From Escherichia coli (GTDB taxonomy: Bacteria; Pseudomonadota; Gammaproteobacteria; Enterobacterales; Enterobacteriaceae): a stretch of 64,000 nucleotides of DNA. The position numbers were made by a program, and so were the translations under genes. Shown here one piece after another: positions 1-8,458 of this stretch. The notes under the pieces were generated by a model. The model saw only the letters and a list, made by a program, of their open reading frames with translations. It ran no database searches and was not told the DNA's origin. The stretch lies in NCBI RefSeq assembly GCF_003018255.1, contig NZ_CP027440.1, one strand, 5' to 3'. Within the stretch, counting starts at the first letter, position 1; the number at the start of each line of letters is the position of its first letter.

Positions 1-1590
1 CGTCAGGCCGTGGGCGGCGGCGTAGTCGGCCATCAGGCCAAATGAGTTTCCGGCCTCGATGATAAACAGGCGCGGACGATGTAGCGCCATCAGTTGCGCG
101 ATTTTCGCGTTGAGGGTGGCGGATTTGCCCGCTCCGGTTGGCCCAAGAAGTAAAAGGTGTCCGTTCTGGGCACGATCCAGCTTGTTCAGCGGATCGAAGC
201 ACAGCGGCGTGCCGCCCCGGTTGAAGTAGCTGATCCCCGGATGCCCGGTGCCGGTTTCCCGTCCGTACAGCGGCAGCAGCCCGGCGATATGCTGCACAAA
301 GTTGAGCCGGGTATACAGCCCGCGCGGGTCGCGCAGGGGATCGAAGCACATCGGCAGCCAGCGCAGCCAGTGGCTTAAGGGGGCGACTTCGTGCTGCTCC
401 TGCACCGGAACCAGCCCGGCGTTGAGCAGCAGGCTCTGTAGCTGACGCTGCTGGCGGAACAGGATATCGGTGTCCGGCGCGCTGAGATAAAACGCCAGCG
501 TGCTGCGGTAGAGTTTATGGCCGTCCTTCAGGAAGCTTCGCACCTCGCTGCAGTCGCGGCGGGTGTATTCCGAATCGGTATTGTCGCCAATCGCCCGGTC
601 GGCCAGGCGGCTGATGTGTTGCTCCAGCTTGTCCTGCGGATACACCACCACGGTCAGGTTCATGATGGTTCCGCCAGGCAGCAGGTCGACCAGGGCGTTA
701 ATGCCGTCTCCGCGCGCGGTTTCCCCGGTCAGCAGGCCGGGCGGCGGCGCTTTGCGCAGGCGGTCAACCACCACCACTTTATGCGGGCGGTTATCCAGCC
801 ACCAGACGCCGTTTGCCGCATCCGAACGGGGTTCACTCGCCAGCAGGCGTTCGGCGAAATCGGCCAGGACCGGCAGCGGTTCAGTTTCCGGCAGGTCAAG
901 CTGCTGCCAGAAGGCTTTTTTGTCCTCAGCAGGCGGCGCGGGATTAAACCAGCGCACCAGCCAGCGGTGAATGTCCTGCTCATTCTGGCGGATAGCGCTG
1001 ATACCCGCCGCTTTTAGCCCGGCGGTAAGGCGTTCGCAGATATTATTCAGCGTCTCTTCCGGCGACGGTTCATCCGGTGAAAGTCCAGGAAGCCATCGGT
1101 ACACCACCATCCGCGTGCGCCGCCACGTCGCCCGCCAGCGGGTACGGGTGACGGTGTTATCGAGAAACAGTCCCTCGTCGCGGGTGAGATTCACCATATG
1201 GTTTGCCATCTGTGTGAGCCACTCGCGGGTAAAGGCGGAGTCGCGGATTTCCGGTGCGGCGTAAGAGGCAAGTGATGCCAGCCACGCCTCGCTGTCGTCC
1301 TCATCCTGACAGAAAAACTGTACCACCCACGGTGCGCGCTCATGCTCATCAAACGCATCCTGTAAGGCATCGGTGACGGTATCGCGGACCTGTTCCAGAA
1401 ACGCCGTTGAGCGGCCTTCGGTGCCAACGGGATATAGCTCAAATACGGCACCTACCGAGCGGCCATCTTCCAGCAGCAGCGTCTGCGACTCCGGCAAAAA
1501 CTCCACCCACGGCAGCCAGTCGACAAATGACGGGCCCTTGCGGTAGCTGGTATTCAGCGCCTGTTCAGTCAGGCCGCGCCGTTCATTCAT
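1..1590 (-). CDS. Conjugative transfer ATPase of GI-type T4SS (VirB4/TraC-like), N-terminal ~530 codons; 3' end beyond window start
   Basis: Absent from ORF track because the stop is outside the window. Manual reverse translation from ATG at 1590 gives MNERRGLTEQALNTSYRKGPSFVDWLPWVEF...; in-frame Walker A GPTGAGKS at plus 121-144; start overlaps stop of the upstream lipoprotein gene (ATGA). Confidence 0.65.
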   Translation of the reverse strand, partial: MNERRGLTEQALNTSYRKGPSFVDWLPWVEFLPESQTLLLEDGRSVGAVFELYPVGTEGRSTAFLEQVRDTVTDALQDAFDEHERAPWVVQFFCQDEDDSEAWLASLASYAAPEIRDSAFTREWLTQMANHMVNLTRDEGLFLDNTVTRTRWRATWRRTRMVVYRWLPGLSPDEPSPEETLNNICERLTAGLKAAGISAIRQNEQDIHRWLVRWFNPAPPAEDKKAFWQQLDLPETEPLPVLADFAERLLASEPRSDAANGVWWLDNRPHKVVVVDRLRKAPPPGLLTGETARGDGINALVDLLPGGTIMNLTVVVYPQDKLEQHISRLADRAIGDNTDSEYTRRDCSEVRSFLKDGHKLYRSTLAFYLSAPDTDILFRQQRQLQSLLLNAGLVPVQEQHEVAPLSHWLRWLPMCFDPLRDPRGLYTRLNFVQHIAGLLPLYGRETGTGHPGISYFNRGGTPLCFDPLNKLDRAQNGHLLLLGPTGAGKSATLNAKIAQLMALHRPRLFIIEAGNSFGLMADYAAAHGLT

Positions 1591-1946
1591 GGCGGCGTCA
1601 GGCGTTCGCCCGGCAACGCATACTGCGGACGGGTATAGAAGGGGAAAACGGTGCTGTAGCCGGGTACCGGCGTGTTGCTGTTGAGGTGCTGGAAGACGTA
1701 AAGCACCATATCCGGGTTGGGCAGGCGCGGAAACTGGCTGCGGATAGTGTCTGCCTCAGGCTGCGCCACCGGACCATCTGGCGGGCGGCGTAGCTGGGCG
1801 CGGGCATCCAGCAGAGCCGCGTTGCCGCCGCTTTGCTGCTGCCACAGCGTCAGCATGCTGGCATTGGGGTCGACAGGCATCAGTTCCTCCTGCGAGGTGC
1901 TGCATCCGGCCAGTAACAACAGAAGTATAAGGATGGTAAATTTCAT
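1587..1946 (-). CDS. ICE conjugative transfer region lipoprotein
   Basis: 119 aa ORF; N-terminus MKFTILILLLLLAGCSTS has a lipobox (LAGC); overlaps neighbours by 4 nt on both sides. Confidence 0.6.
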   Translation of the reverse strand: MKFTILILLLLLAGCSTSQEELMPVDPNASMLTLWQQQSGGNAALLDARAQLRRPPDGPVAQPEADTIRSQFPRLPNPDMVLYVFQHLNSNTPVPGYSTVFPFYTRPQYALPGERLTPP

Positions 1947-3238
1947 TCCAGACCTCCCGGTGTGCTGGCCTGCTGGTATTTCACCTGACGGCCTTCCGGC
2001 TCGTAGTCGATAGACAGCGCTTCGGTGAGATGCACCGCCACCTTGTGGCCCGGCGGCACGTACACGGCGTCGAACATCTGGCCGTAGTGCTGTTTCATCC
2101 AGTCGGCGGTCTCTTTCAGCCCGCCGCCAATAGCCTGGCCGAGCACGTACTGACCGTTGTTGCCCGTCACTGCGCTGGTGATGCTGCCGTCCTCGACCAC
2201 TGTGGTGCTTTCGCCATTGGCGAAGGCCTGCGCCGCCGCACCGGAACCCGCCAGCAGGAACTGCGAGGTCAGGTACTCCTTCGCATTGCTTTTACGCTCG
2301 CCGGGAATACATGGCAGCCCCTGGTTATCCGAAAGCCAGCCGATCTCCTGCTGTTTGTTGCCGGATTTGCCGCCCTGCGGGACGGTGCGGATGATGCCGT
2401 CGTGAAACACAAAGGTCATCGAGGTGATTTGCCCGCGCACACAGGAGAGCGTCCAGTCTCCCGAGGCGATGCCGGAGACCACCGCGCCCGCCACGTCCGG
2501 CAGCTCAACGCCATTGGCGGTGAGGTTGTCCTCGCCAATCAGAAGTTTAAACGGGTAGGGATCGCTGACGGTGCCGTTAAGCGGCACGCGGCCAATCAGC
2601 GCCGTCATCGCCACCGATCCGGTCAGCGTGGCGTTCTGCGGCAGGGTGTAGACCTTCACGTCAGGTTTCGGCGGTGGTTTGTCGGCCGCTTTCAGAGGGA
2701 CGCGCAGCAGCTTTTCATCCACAGGTGGAGGCGCATCCAGCGGCTCCAGCCAGCGGATATCGGGTTGAACGTCGGCAGGTAGTTCGCCGGGCGTCAGCCC
2801 CAGACCGGGCGGGATATCGTCCGGGCGCTTGGCCATCAGACGGTCGAGCTTATCCAGCAGCCCGCGCTGGCTTTTCACCAGTTCATCGCGCATCTGGTCC
2901 TGCTGGCGGCGCATGTCTTCCCGAAGCTGAGAGGCCAGCGTGGCCTGCTGTGCGTTAAGCCGTTTTTCGCGCGCCTGCTGGCTTTCGTTGTTTGTCTGGA
3001 TTGCCTGAAGTTCGCGGCGGTACTGTTTCATCTGGCCGACCAGCGTGGCGACGGTGTCGGCGGGCGTGTCGCCGTCGATGCCCAGATCGCGCAGTTCCTG
3101 CGGCGTTAAGGCCGCCACGGTGCGGGACAGGGAAGTCTCCTGCGTGTTTTTGCTGGCCGGGCGCAGCAGCAGCCATACCGTTACCAGTACGATGAGCGGC
3201 AGCAGGATTTTCAGCAGCAGGCTCTGGCGCGGCATCAT
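1943..3238 (-). CDS. ICE T4SS protein (PFL_4705-like), N-terminal TM helix, coiled-coil middle
   Basis: 431 aa ORF; hydrophobic N-terminal segment; GC-rich codon usage like flanking ICE genes; 4-nt overlaps. Confidence 0.5.
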   Translation of the reverse strand: MMPRQSLLLKILLPLIVLVTVWLLLRPASKNTQETSLSRTVAALTPQELRDLGIDGDTPADTVATLVGQMKQYRRELQAIQTNNESQQAREKRLNAQQATLASQLREDMRRQQDQMRDELVKSQRGLLDKLDRLMAKRPDDIPPGLGLTPGELPADVQPDIRWLEPLDAPPPVDEKLLRVPLKAADKPPPKPDVKVYTLPQNATLTGSVAMTALIGRVPLNGTVSDPYPFKLLIGEDNLTANGVELPDVAGAVVSGIASGDWTLSCVRGQITSMTFVFHDGIIRTVPQGGKSGNKQQEIGWLSDNQGLPCIPGERKSNAKEYLTSQFLLAGSGAAAQAFANGESTTVVEDGSITSAVTGNNGQYVLGQAIGGGLKETADWMKQHYGQMFDAVYVPPGHKVAVHLTEALSIDYEPEGRQVKYQQASTPGGLE

Positions 3239-4002
3239 GGTTTGGGCTCCGGCAGCAGGGCGCGGGAAACCGGACCTTCCGTCACCAGGTACGCCACGGT
3301 GGTATCTTCTGCCAGACCACGCGGGCCGAGCCAGTCATGCTGGAACGCGGCAGCGGTGAACTGCCCCTGAAGCTCGCGCGGATCGAGCGTGATGCGCTGT
3401 CCGCTGTGATTTTGCAGGCGGATGGCGGTGACGGTGGTGGCGTTGACCTGCCATGACGCCAGCGGGGTGGCGGTAACCGGCTGCTGCGGCAGTAAAGTGG
3501 TGATGCGTTTCGCCAGCCGGACGGGCGCAGGTGTGACGCCGGGCAGGGCTTCGACGGTGCGCAGCGGCGCATACAGATTTTGCGCGGCGTAGCGCACCAG
3601 CAAGACGGGCAGAGGTTCTGTTGATGCTGTCACCGGGACGGATGTTTTTGCTGTGGCAGGCGTCTGCGGCGTATAGCTAATTTGCATTGGTTCAAGTGTC
3701 GAAGTGCCCTGGGTGGCATGAATATCCAGCAGGATCAGCTCACCGTTGCCGGTATCACGTAACTGGATGCGGGTGGCCGGGAACGCCGTGTTCGCCAGCA
3801 GGAAGACCTTGCCGCCTGCGCTTTGCAGACGCACTTTGCCTTCCAGCGTGGCGGGATAGCCAATGCGCACCGGTTTACCCACGTCAACAATTCGCTCCTG
3901 CCCGACATGCAGCGTGACGGGCAGCGGGATGTTTTCCCACTGCACCACTTCCGTGGCGAAGGCGGGGAAACTGAACAATAAAGTAAAGAGGACTGGCTTC
4001 AT
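3235..4002 (-). CDS. ICE T4SS exported protein (PFL_4704-like)
   Basis: ORF track 3235..4185, trimmed to the internal ATG at 4002 (MKPVLFTLLFSFPAFA signal peptide) that overlaps the upstream stop as ATGA. Confidence 0.5.
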   Translation of the reverse strand: MKPVLFTLLFSFPAFATEVVQWENIPLPVTLHVGQERIVDVGKPVRIGYPATLEGKVRLQSAGGKVFLLANTAFPATRIQLRDTGNGELILLDIHATQGTSTLEPMQISYTPQTPATAKTSVPVTASTEPLPVLLVRYAAQNLYAPLRTVEALPGVTPAPVRLAKRITTLLPQQPVTATPLASWQVNATTVTAIRLQNHSGQRITLDPRELQGQFTAAAFQHDWLGPRGLAEDTTVAYLVTEGPVSRALLPEPKP

Positions 4003-4658
4003 GGTTTCTCCTCCGCCACCAGACGCTGCGGCGCGGCATCGGTACAGTCGATCGCCAGTCCCCACGGATTTTTCTCCGCATCGATGGCGTAGCGCACCAC
4101 CTGCAACGGGTAGCGCACCAGCGCTTTTTTCACCGGCTCGTTCTGGTAGTACTCTTCCACCGCCACATCCAGCGTTACCCGCCATGAATCCCGGCTCAGC
4201 GCCTCCACGCGCGGGAAGGGGCGCTTCTCGCCCTCATGCACCAGGCTGCTGTAGCCGTGGCCGGGCAGTTCATAGACGCCGCGCGTGCGGTCGCGCAGTT
4301 CACCGCCGTTGCGACGCACCTGAAAATCGTGCTCCAGCCGGGTGTAACAGGCGGGCGTCAGGTAGGCACGCAGCGAACGAAGATTACGGGAATAGTCCTC
4401 CTCGCCGTTATCCGGCCAGCGGTTAAGCTGCTGGAAGATATAAAAGGTGAAGGCGTAGACGCTGGCGGGAGGCACTTCCCACCACGGGCGGGTGCTGCCG
4501 CTGCGCAGATCCGGCGGGAACCAGAGGGTGAGCTTTTGCGGCGCGCTGTACCAGCCGTAGCCGACGCCCGCCAGACACAGGCACAGCAGAACAATCACCG
4601 CCCGCAGCGTCAGGATATGGTTATCGCGCTCAGCCAGCGCATGGCGAAAGCGGCTCAT
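3999..4658 (-). CDS. ICE T4SS membrane protein (PFL_4703-like)
   Basis: ORF track 3999..4682, trimmed to ATG at 4658 overlapping upstream stop (ATGA); one TM helix (VIVLLCLCLAGVGYGWY). Confidence 0.5.
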   Translation of the reverse strand: MSRFRHALAERDNHILTLRAVIVLLCLCLAGVGYGWYSAPQKLTLWFPPDLRSGSTRPWWEVPPASVYAFTFYIFQQLNRWPDNGEEDYSRNLRSLRAYLTPACYTRLEHDFQVRRNGGELRDRTRGVYELPGHGYSSLVHEGEKRPFPRVEALSRDSWRVTLDVAVEEYYQNEPVKKALVRYPLQVVRYAIDAEKNPWGLAIDCTDAAPQRLVAEEKP

Positions 4659-5008
4659 CGTGGACTCCTGCGCACCACCCACACGGCGCTGTGCTGGATC
4701 AGTTGTGCGCCGCGAAGATGATGACGCTCCAGCCAGGCGAGGAGCGCCTGCGGCAGCCAGGTGTCGGGCTTACCGCGTTTTGCGCGGGCCAGAATCCGCC
4801 CACCACCCTGAATCAGTAATGCCGCGCCAGCAAGTGCCGAACCGGGGATCAACGGCCAGTAGTGGGTTATCAGGGCCAGCAGAATGCCGAACGCACAGCC
4901 GCCGCCAAGACCGAGAGCCAGCGCCAGAAACAGTTCGCTGGTGGTGAGGCCGCGCCAGACCACGGGCTCGCGGTTGAGGCGGTCGGGGAGAAAGGGGATG
5001 GTTGCCAT
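4655..5008 (-). CDS. ICE T4SS membrane protein
   Basis: ORF track 4655..5137, trimmed to ATG at 5008 just downstream of the preceding stop; two hydrophobic helices. Confidence 0.45.
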   Translation of the reverse strand: MATIPFLPDRLNREPVVWRGLTTSELFLALALGLGGGCAFGILLALITHYWPLIPGSALAGAALLIQGGGRILARAKRGKPDTWLPQALLAWLERHHLRGAQLIQHSAVWVVRRSPR

Positions 5009-5009
5009 A

Positions 5010-5327
5010 TCACAGGACGTCCGAAGCCTGGTTGAGCAGCCAGATGATGACCACCAGAAGAATGCTGCCGACGCCTGCCATCGAGCCCAGATCTTTCCAC
5101 TGCTTGCGTCCGCTCTGGATCTCCGAATAGGTAGCAATACAGTTGTTCGCCACTACCAGAAAACCGACGGCACAGATGGCCAGCGCCAGCAGCACCACGA
5201 TGTCAAAACCGTAGTTTTGCAGCGTCTCCATAATGCCCTTGCCCTGACCGCGTGACGGATCTTCCATCGTCGGCAGGTCGGCGAGGGCGTTAAATGTGGC
5301 GAACAGCAGTAACAGAAACCAGCGCAT
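5010..5327 (-). CDS. ICE T4SS integral membrane protein (PFL_4702-like)
   Basis: 105 aa ORF with signal-like N-terminus and hydrophobic core. Confidence 0.5.
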   Translation of the reverse strand: MRWFLLLLFATFNALADLPTMEDPSRGQGKGIMETLQNYGFDIVVLLALAICAVGFLVVANNCIATYSEIQSGRKQWKDLGSMAGVGSILLVVIIWLLNQASDVL

Positions 5328-5336
5328 GATGCCTCC

Positions 5337-5570
5337 TCAGCTCAGTACCAGCCAGAAGCTGACTAGCACCAGTAACAGTGAATGGGCCGCCACCGCGCCA
5401 AAGCTCTGCCAGCTCAGACGCTGGCGGCAGACGCCCTGCCAGGCGACCATTAGCGTCCAGGCACACCACAGCAGCAGGACGCTGGTAAACAGGCCGAGCA
5501 CCAGCAGGCTGACGGTCTCCGGTTTGCTCAGGCTGGCGGCCTGAAAGGCGGCGAGTTGCGAGTCAGTCAT
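5337..5570 (-). CDS. ICE small membrane protein
   Basis: 77 aa ORF, two predicted TM helices, tightly packed in the operon. Confidence 0.45.
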   Translation of the reverse strand: MTDSQLAAFQAASLSKPETVSLLVLGLFTSVLLLWCAWTLMVAWQGVCRQRLSWQSFGAVAAHSLLLVLVSFWLVLS

Positions 5571-5871
5571 CGGGATTCTCCTGCTGGTAGTTGGCGCTCA
5601 GGGGCTGAATAGCACGCGGCTGTGCTCTAGCCGGGGCAAGATAGCGGCGAATGCCTTGTTCAACGACAGAGATGTCCTGCTGCGCCTGTAAGTAGTCGAA
5701 GAAGTAGCGCGCCTGCGGATCGTTGCTGGCGCTGGTCCGGGCGTGCTCCAGCGAGGTTTTAACGCCGTCGAGTTGCTTCAGCGCGAGGGCGAGCTGGGTG
5801 GATTCCGGGGAGGCGATTACCAGTACCGGGAAAGGTATTATTAACAGTAATAGTGCTGTCTGGGACTGCAT
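5563..5871 (-). CDS. RAQPRD-family integrative conjugative element protein
   Basis: 102 aa ORF with signal peptide and the family-defining motif (here RAQPRAI). Confidence 0.6.
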   Translation of the reverse strand: MQSQTALLLLIIPFPVLVIASPESTQLALALKQLDGVKTSLEHARTSASNDPQARYFFDYLQAQQDISVVEQGIRRYLAPARAQPRAIQPLSANYQQENPDD

Positions 5872-5938
5872 TTGAAGCTCTCCTTATACTCAATGATTAG
5901 CAAAGTAGGAGAGCTTCAGAGGTGAAGCAGCTAAAAAA

Positions 5939-7180
5939 TCATTTCACTACATGAAGAATTTTTAGCATAGAGTTGTCAATGGTCTGTTTGATTTTCTCGT
6001 AATAAATTGGTTCAGATAATGGCGAGTCCCAGGTATGTATATCATTTTTATCAAAGGGAATACATTTCATCGCTGTCTTTTTTAGTTTTTTCCCTTTTTG
6101 TTCGTACTCGTCAATGTCATTTACAGTGAATTTCAAACTTTCTATTCTTGCTTTGACTATTGCTGTTGGGCAGATGAGTTTTATATTCCCTAAAGTAAAT
6201 GTGTTAACTCCAGTAATGAAGAATCTATCAGGGATGTTTTTATAGTATCGAGTATTCCATATTTTACCATTAAACATACCTGCTGGGTGAGTTGCTCTTT
6301 CAATATAGTATTCATGGGTTCTCTGGTCACTAATCCCTGAAAGATTCATTGTCATATTAGCTATCATGTTGGGAATAGGTCTGTACCAAACGCTAAGTGC
6401 AGCGGTTGCGACAGGTATAAATATTAAAACAACAATAATTCCTGTCATTTTATTGCCGTTTTGCCGTTCATTAATATGTATGATACCAGGCAGAATGCCA
6501 ATTGTAACAATAACTACAGTTATGGCAATGAGTATGCTCATCTCATACCAGTCACTAGTACCCTCACTGAAATTAAGTTGGTTAAACAGAAACATCATTG
6601 GTAATATTTGTACTACTCCAGGTATTATAAGTTGTAAGGATAACCAGAAGTTGAATCCTTTCTTTCTGGATAGTTTTTCGTATCGCACTGTATTATTTAA
6701 GCGAGATTTTTGTTTTCTAAATAGCCGAATCGCACATGTAACATAGCTGTGAATAAATATGGAAATAATACTAAAGGCTGTAATTATGTAGCCATTCCAT
6801 TTTGTCATGTAATAAATGTAATAAGCAATGATTAGCAGGCAGCATATAAATAAGCTATTCTGATAGCAAACAGTAGAAATCCGATGGGTGATGCTAGAAT
6901 ATACCTTTAACTTGTTTTCATATCCAGAGTAAATAAGTATTAAAATAAAAGATGAGATGAAAATTATTAGGCTGAATCCTGATATCGATAATAAAATAAA
7001 AAAGAATATAATCCCTAAGGTTGAACTGAGGTTTACAGCATCGAAAAAAATATCTAATCTATCAATGTTTGATAGGTAAAACCATATAACTGCTATCGTG
7101 AATCCAGTGATGAAGGTAGATGAGGTTACTACTGAAATAATGAATTTTTTGTTTATGATATTAAAAATAGGTTTGTCCAT
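5939..7180 (-). CDS. AT-rich cargo protein: polytopic membrane N-terminal half (~8 TM helices) plus C-terminal soluble domain, unknown function
   Basis: 413 aa ORF; conspicuously AT-rich, I/K/N/Y-rich codon usage unlike the GC-rich ICE backbone; no recognisable catalytic motif. Confidence 0.6.
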   Translation of the reverse strand: MDKPIFNIINKKFIISVVTSSTFITGFTIAVIWFYLSNIDRLDIFFDAVNLSSTLGIIFFFILLSISGFSLIIFISSFILILIYSGYENKLKVYSSITHRISTVCYQNSLFICCLLIIAYYIYYMTKWNGYIITAFSIISIFIHSYVTCAIRLFRKQKSRLNNTVRYEKLSRKKGFNFWLSLQLIIPGVVQILPMMFLFNQLNFSEGTSDWYEMSILIAITVVIVTIGILPGIIHINERQNGNKMTGIIVVLIFIPVATAALSVWYRPIPNMIANMTMNLSGISDQRTHEYYIERATHPAGMFNGKIWNTRYYKNIPDRFFITGVNTFTLGNIKLICPTAIVKARIESLKFTVNDIDEYEQKGKKLKKTAMKCIPFDKNDIHTWDSPLSEPIYYEKIKQTIDNSMLKILHVVK

Positions 7181-7225
7181 GGTTTGAATTCCATCTCTAA
7201 AAAATTTCTTGTCTTGTGTTTTTTA

Positions 7226-7510
7226 TCACCAATTTACAGGTAAGCGCCGATGGGTATGAAACACGCGTAAAACCTGAATTATATTATTTCGTACTCGATA
7301 GGGAATGATATAAGGGTAATTATGAAGAATGAGCTCACGTGTTTCAGGTACCCTTCCTTCCCGGCCCATAGCGGGTTGCTCTTTGAGCAGTTGCGTAAGT
7401 CGCCAGACTTCGTTCACAAACCGTTCCGCAGCCTGCGGATCGTCTTCAGCAATATACCGGAACTCAGCTTCGAGATTGGCAATGGCTTTACGTAGCCACT
7501 TAATTTCCAT
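7226..7510 (-). CDS. Type II toxin, RelE/ParE family
   Basis: 94 aa ORF with RelE/ParE-like size and sequence; overlaps the upstream antitoxin gene by 11 nt. Confidence 0.7.
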   Translation of the reverse strand: MEIKWLRKAIANLEAEFRYIAEDDPQAAERFVNEVWRLTQLLKEQPAMGREGRVPETRELILHNYPYIIPYRVRNNIIQVLRVFHTHRRLPVNW

Positions 7511-7745
7511 CTGGCTTTACTCCCAGACGTTGAAACAGCTTATCCACCTCATCTGAAGTGGCAAAATCACCGGCATCAGCTTCCTGAATGGCCTGCTCAA
7601 TCTCTGCAACTTGCCAGGCCTCCCGGGCAACATAATCTTCAATTGCCTGATTTGCCAGCCAGGACTTTGAGCGTCCGGTCGCTTTTGATAATGCTTCCAG
7701 TTGCGTGGAAAGATTGTTGTTTAAACGGACTGACATTACGCCCAT
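7500..7745 (-). CDS. Type II antitoxin, ribbon-helix-helix (ParD/CopG-like)
   Basis: ORF track 7500..7820; likely start ATG at 7745 (MGVMSVRLNNNLSTQLEALSKATGRSKSWLANQAIEDYV); ~80 aa, immediately upstream of and overlapping the toxin. Confidence 0.6.
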   Translation of the reverse strand: MGVMSVRLNNNLSTQLEALSKATGRSKSWLANQAIEDYVAREAWQVAEIEQAIQEADAGDFATSDEVDKLFQRLGVKPDGN

Positions 7746-7810
7746 ATTGGTGGCCTCATACACATGTACACATTGTATACATTGTAGTGAGGTGCGATTT
7801 TTTGAGCAAC

Positions 7811-8458
7811 TTATAACCAACGTTTAAAGCTTCCTGCTGCCATCCATACCGCTATCCCGGACCATAAGGCGGCAGGAAGTAAAACCAGCATCGCGGGCAG
7901 AGAAAATGGCTGCGCCAGATAAACCACCCAAAGCGTGGTGGTGACTGAACTGCCGCACCTGATGACATAACGGTGGAGAAAAATGGATTCCAGCCCGGAG
8001 CCAAACCGTCTTAAATCCCGGTGTACCAGGCCTTCTGTCAGCCCGGTTACAGCACTGAGGCACAGCAGTGGCAACATGATAACCAGCCACGTCAGGCGCA
8101 GCGCAAAGCTGATCATGGTATAAGCCAGGACGGTAACGGGTTCGTGGAACAACCGACTCACGGCCTTATGTCTGACATCATTAACGCGGGTTATTCCATG
8201 CTCCAGCAGTACTCGTATCTCTTTCCCCAAAGGATGTGGCTGTACCGCAATAATCAGTTCCACCTTCTCCTGCCTCATCACCTGAAAAACATGCCTGCTC
8301 CCTTCCTGCGGCCACCAGAAATATAGCCCCACTAGTTCCAGCACCACTCGCAGCACCAGCGTACCGATAACCAGCCCAATAATCCGTCCGGCCAGTGACA
8401 ATAGCCAGCCAATCGGTCCCTGTGGTGGGCGTGACGGAGGCGGTCGCAGCTCACTCAT
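7811..8458 (-). CDS. ICE membrane protein (PFL_4695-like)
   Basis: ORF track 7811..8527, trimmed to ATG at 8458 overlapping the traD stop (ATGA); multiple TM helices. Confidence 0.5.
   Translation of the reverse strand: MSELRPPPSRPPQGPIGWLLSLAGRIIGLVIGTLVLRVVLELVGLYFWWPQEGSRHVFQVMRQEKVELIIAVQPHPLGKEIRVLLEHGITRVNDVRHKAVSRLFHEPVTVLAYTMISFALRLTWLVIMLPLLCLSAVTGLTEGLVHRDLRRFGSGLESIFLHRYVIRCGSSVTTTLWVVYLAQPFSLPAMLVLLPAALWSGIAVWMAAGSFKRWL

Noticed and set aside
2030-2782. 250-aa plus-strand ORF, and similar plus-strand ORFs at 8755..9264, 9970..10395, 12566..13198 and 15281..15817
   Set aside because: All are antisense to the contiguous, translationally coupled minus-strand ICE operon; arginine-rich translations typical of GC-rich antisense frames.
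6366-6746. 126-aa plus-strand ORF
   Set aside because: Antisense to the AT-rich membrane-protein gene.
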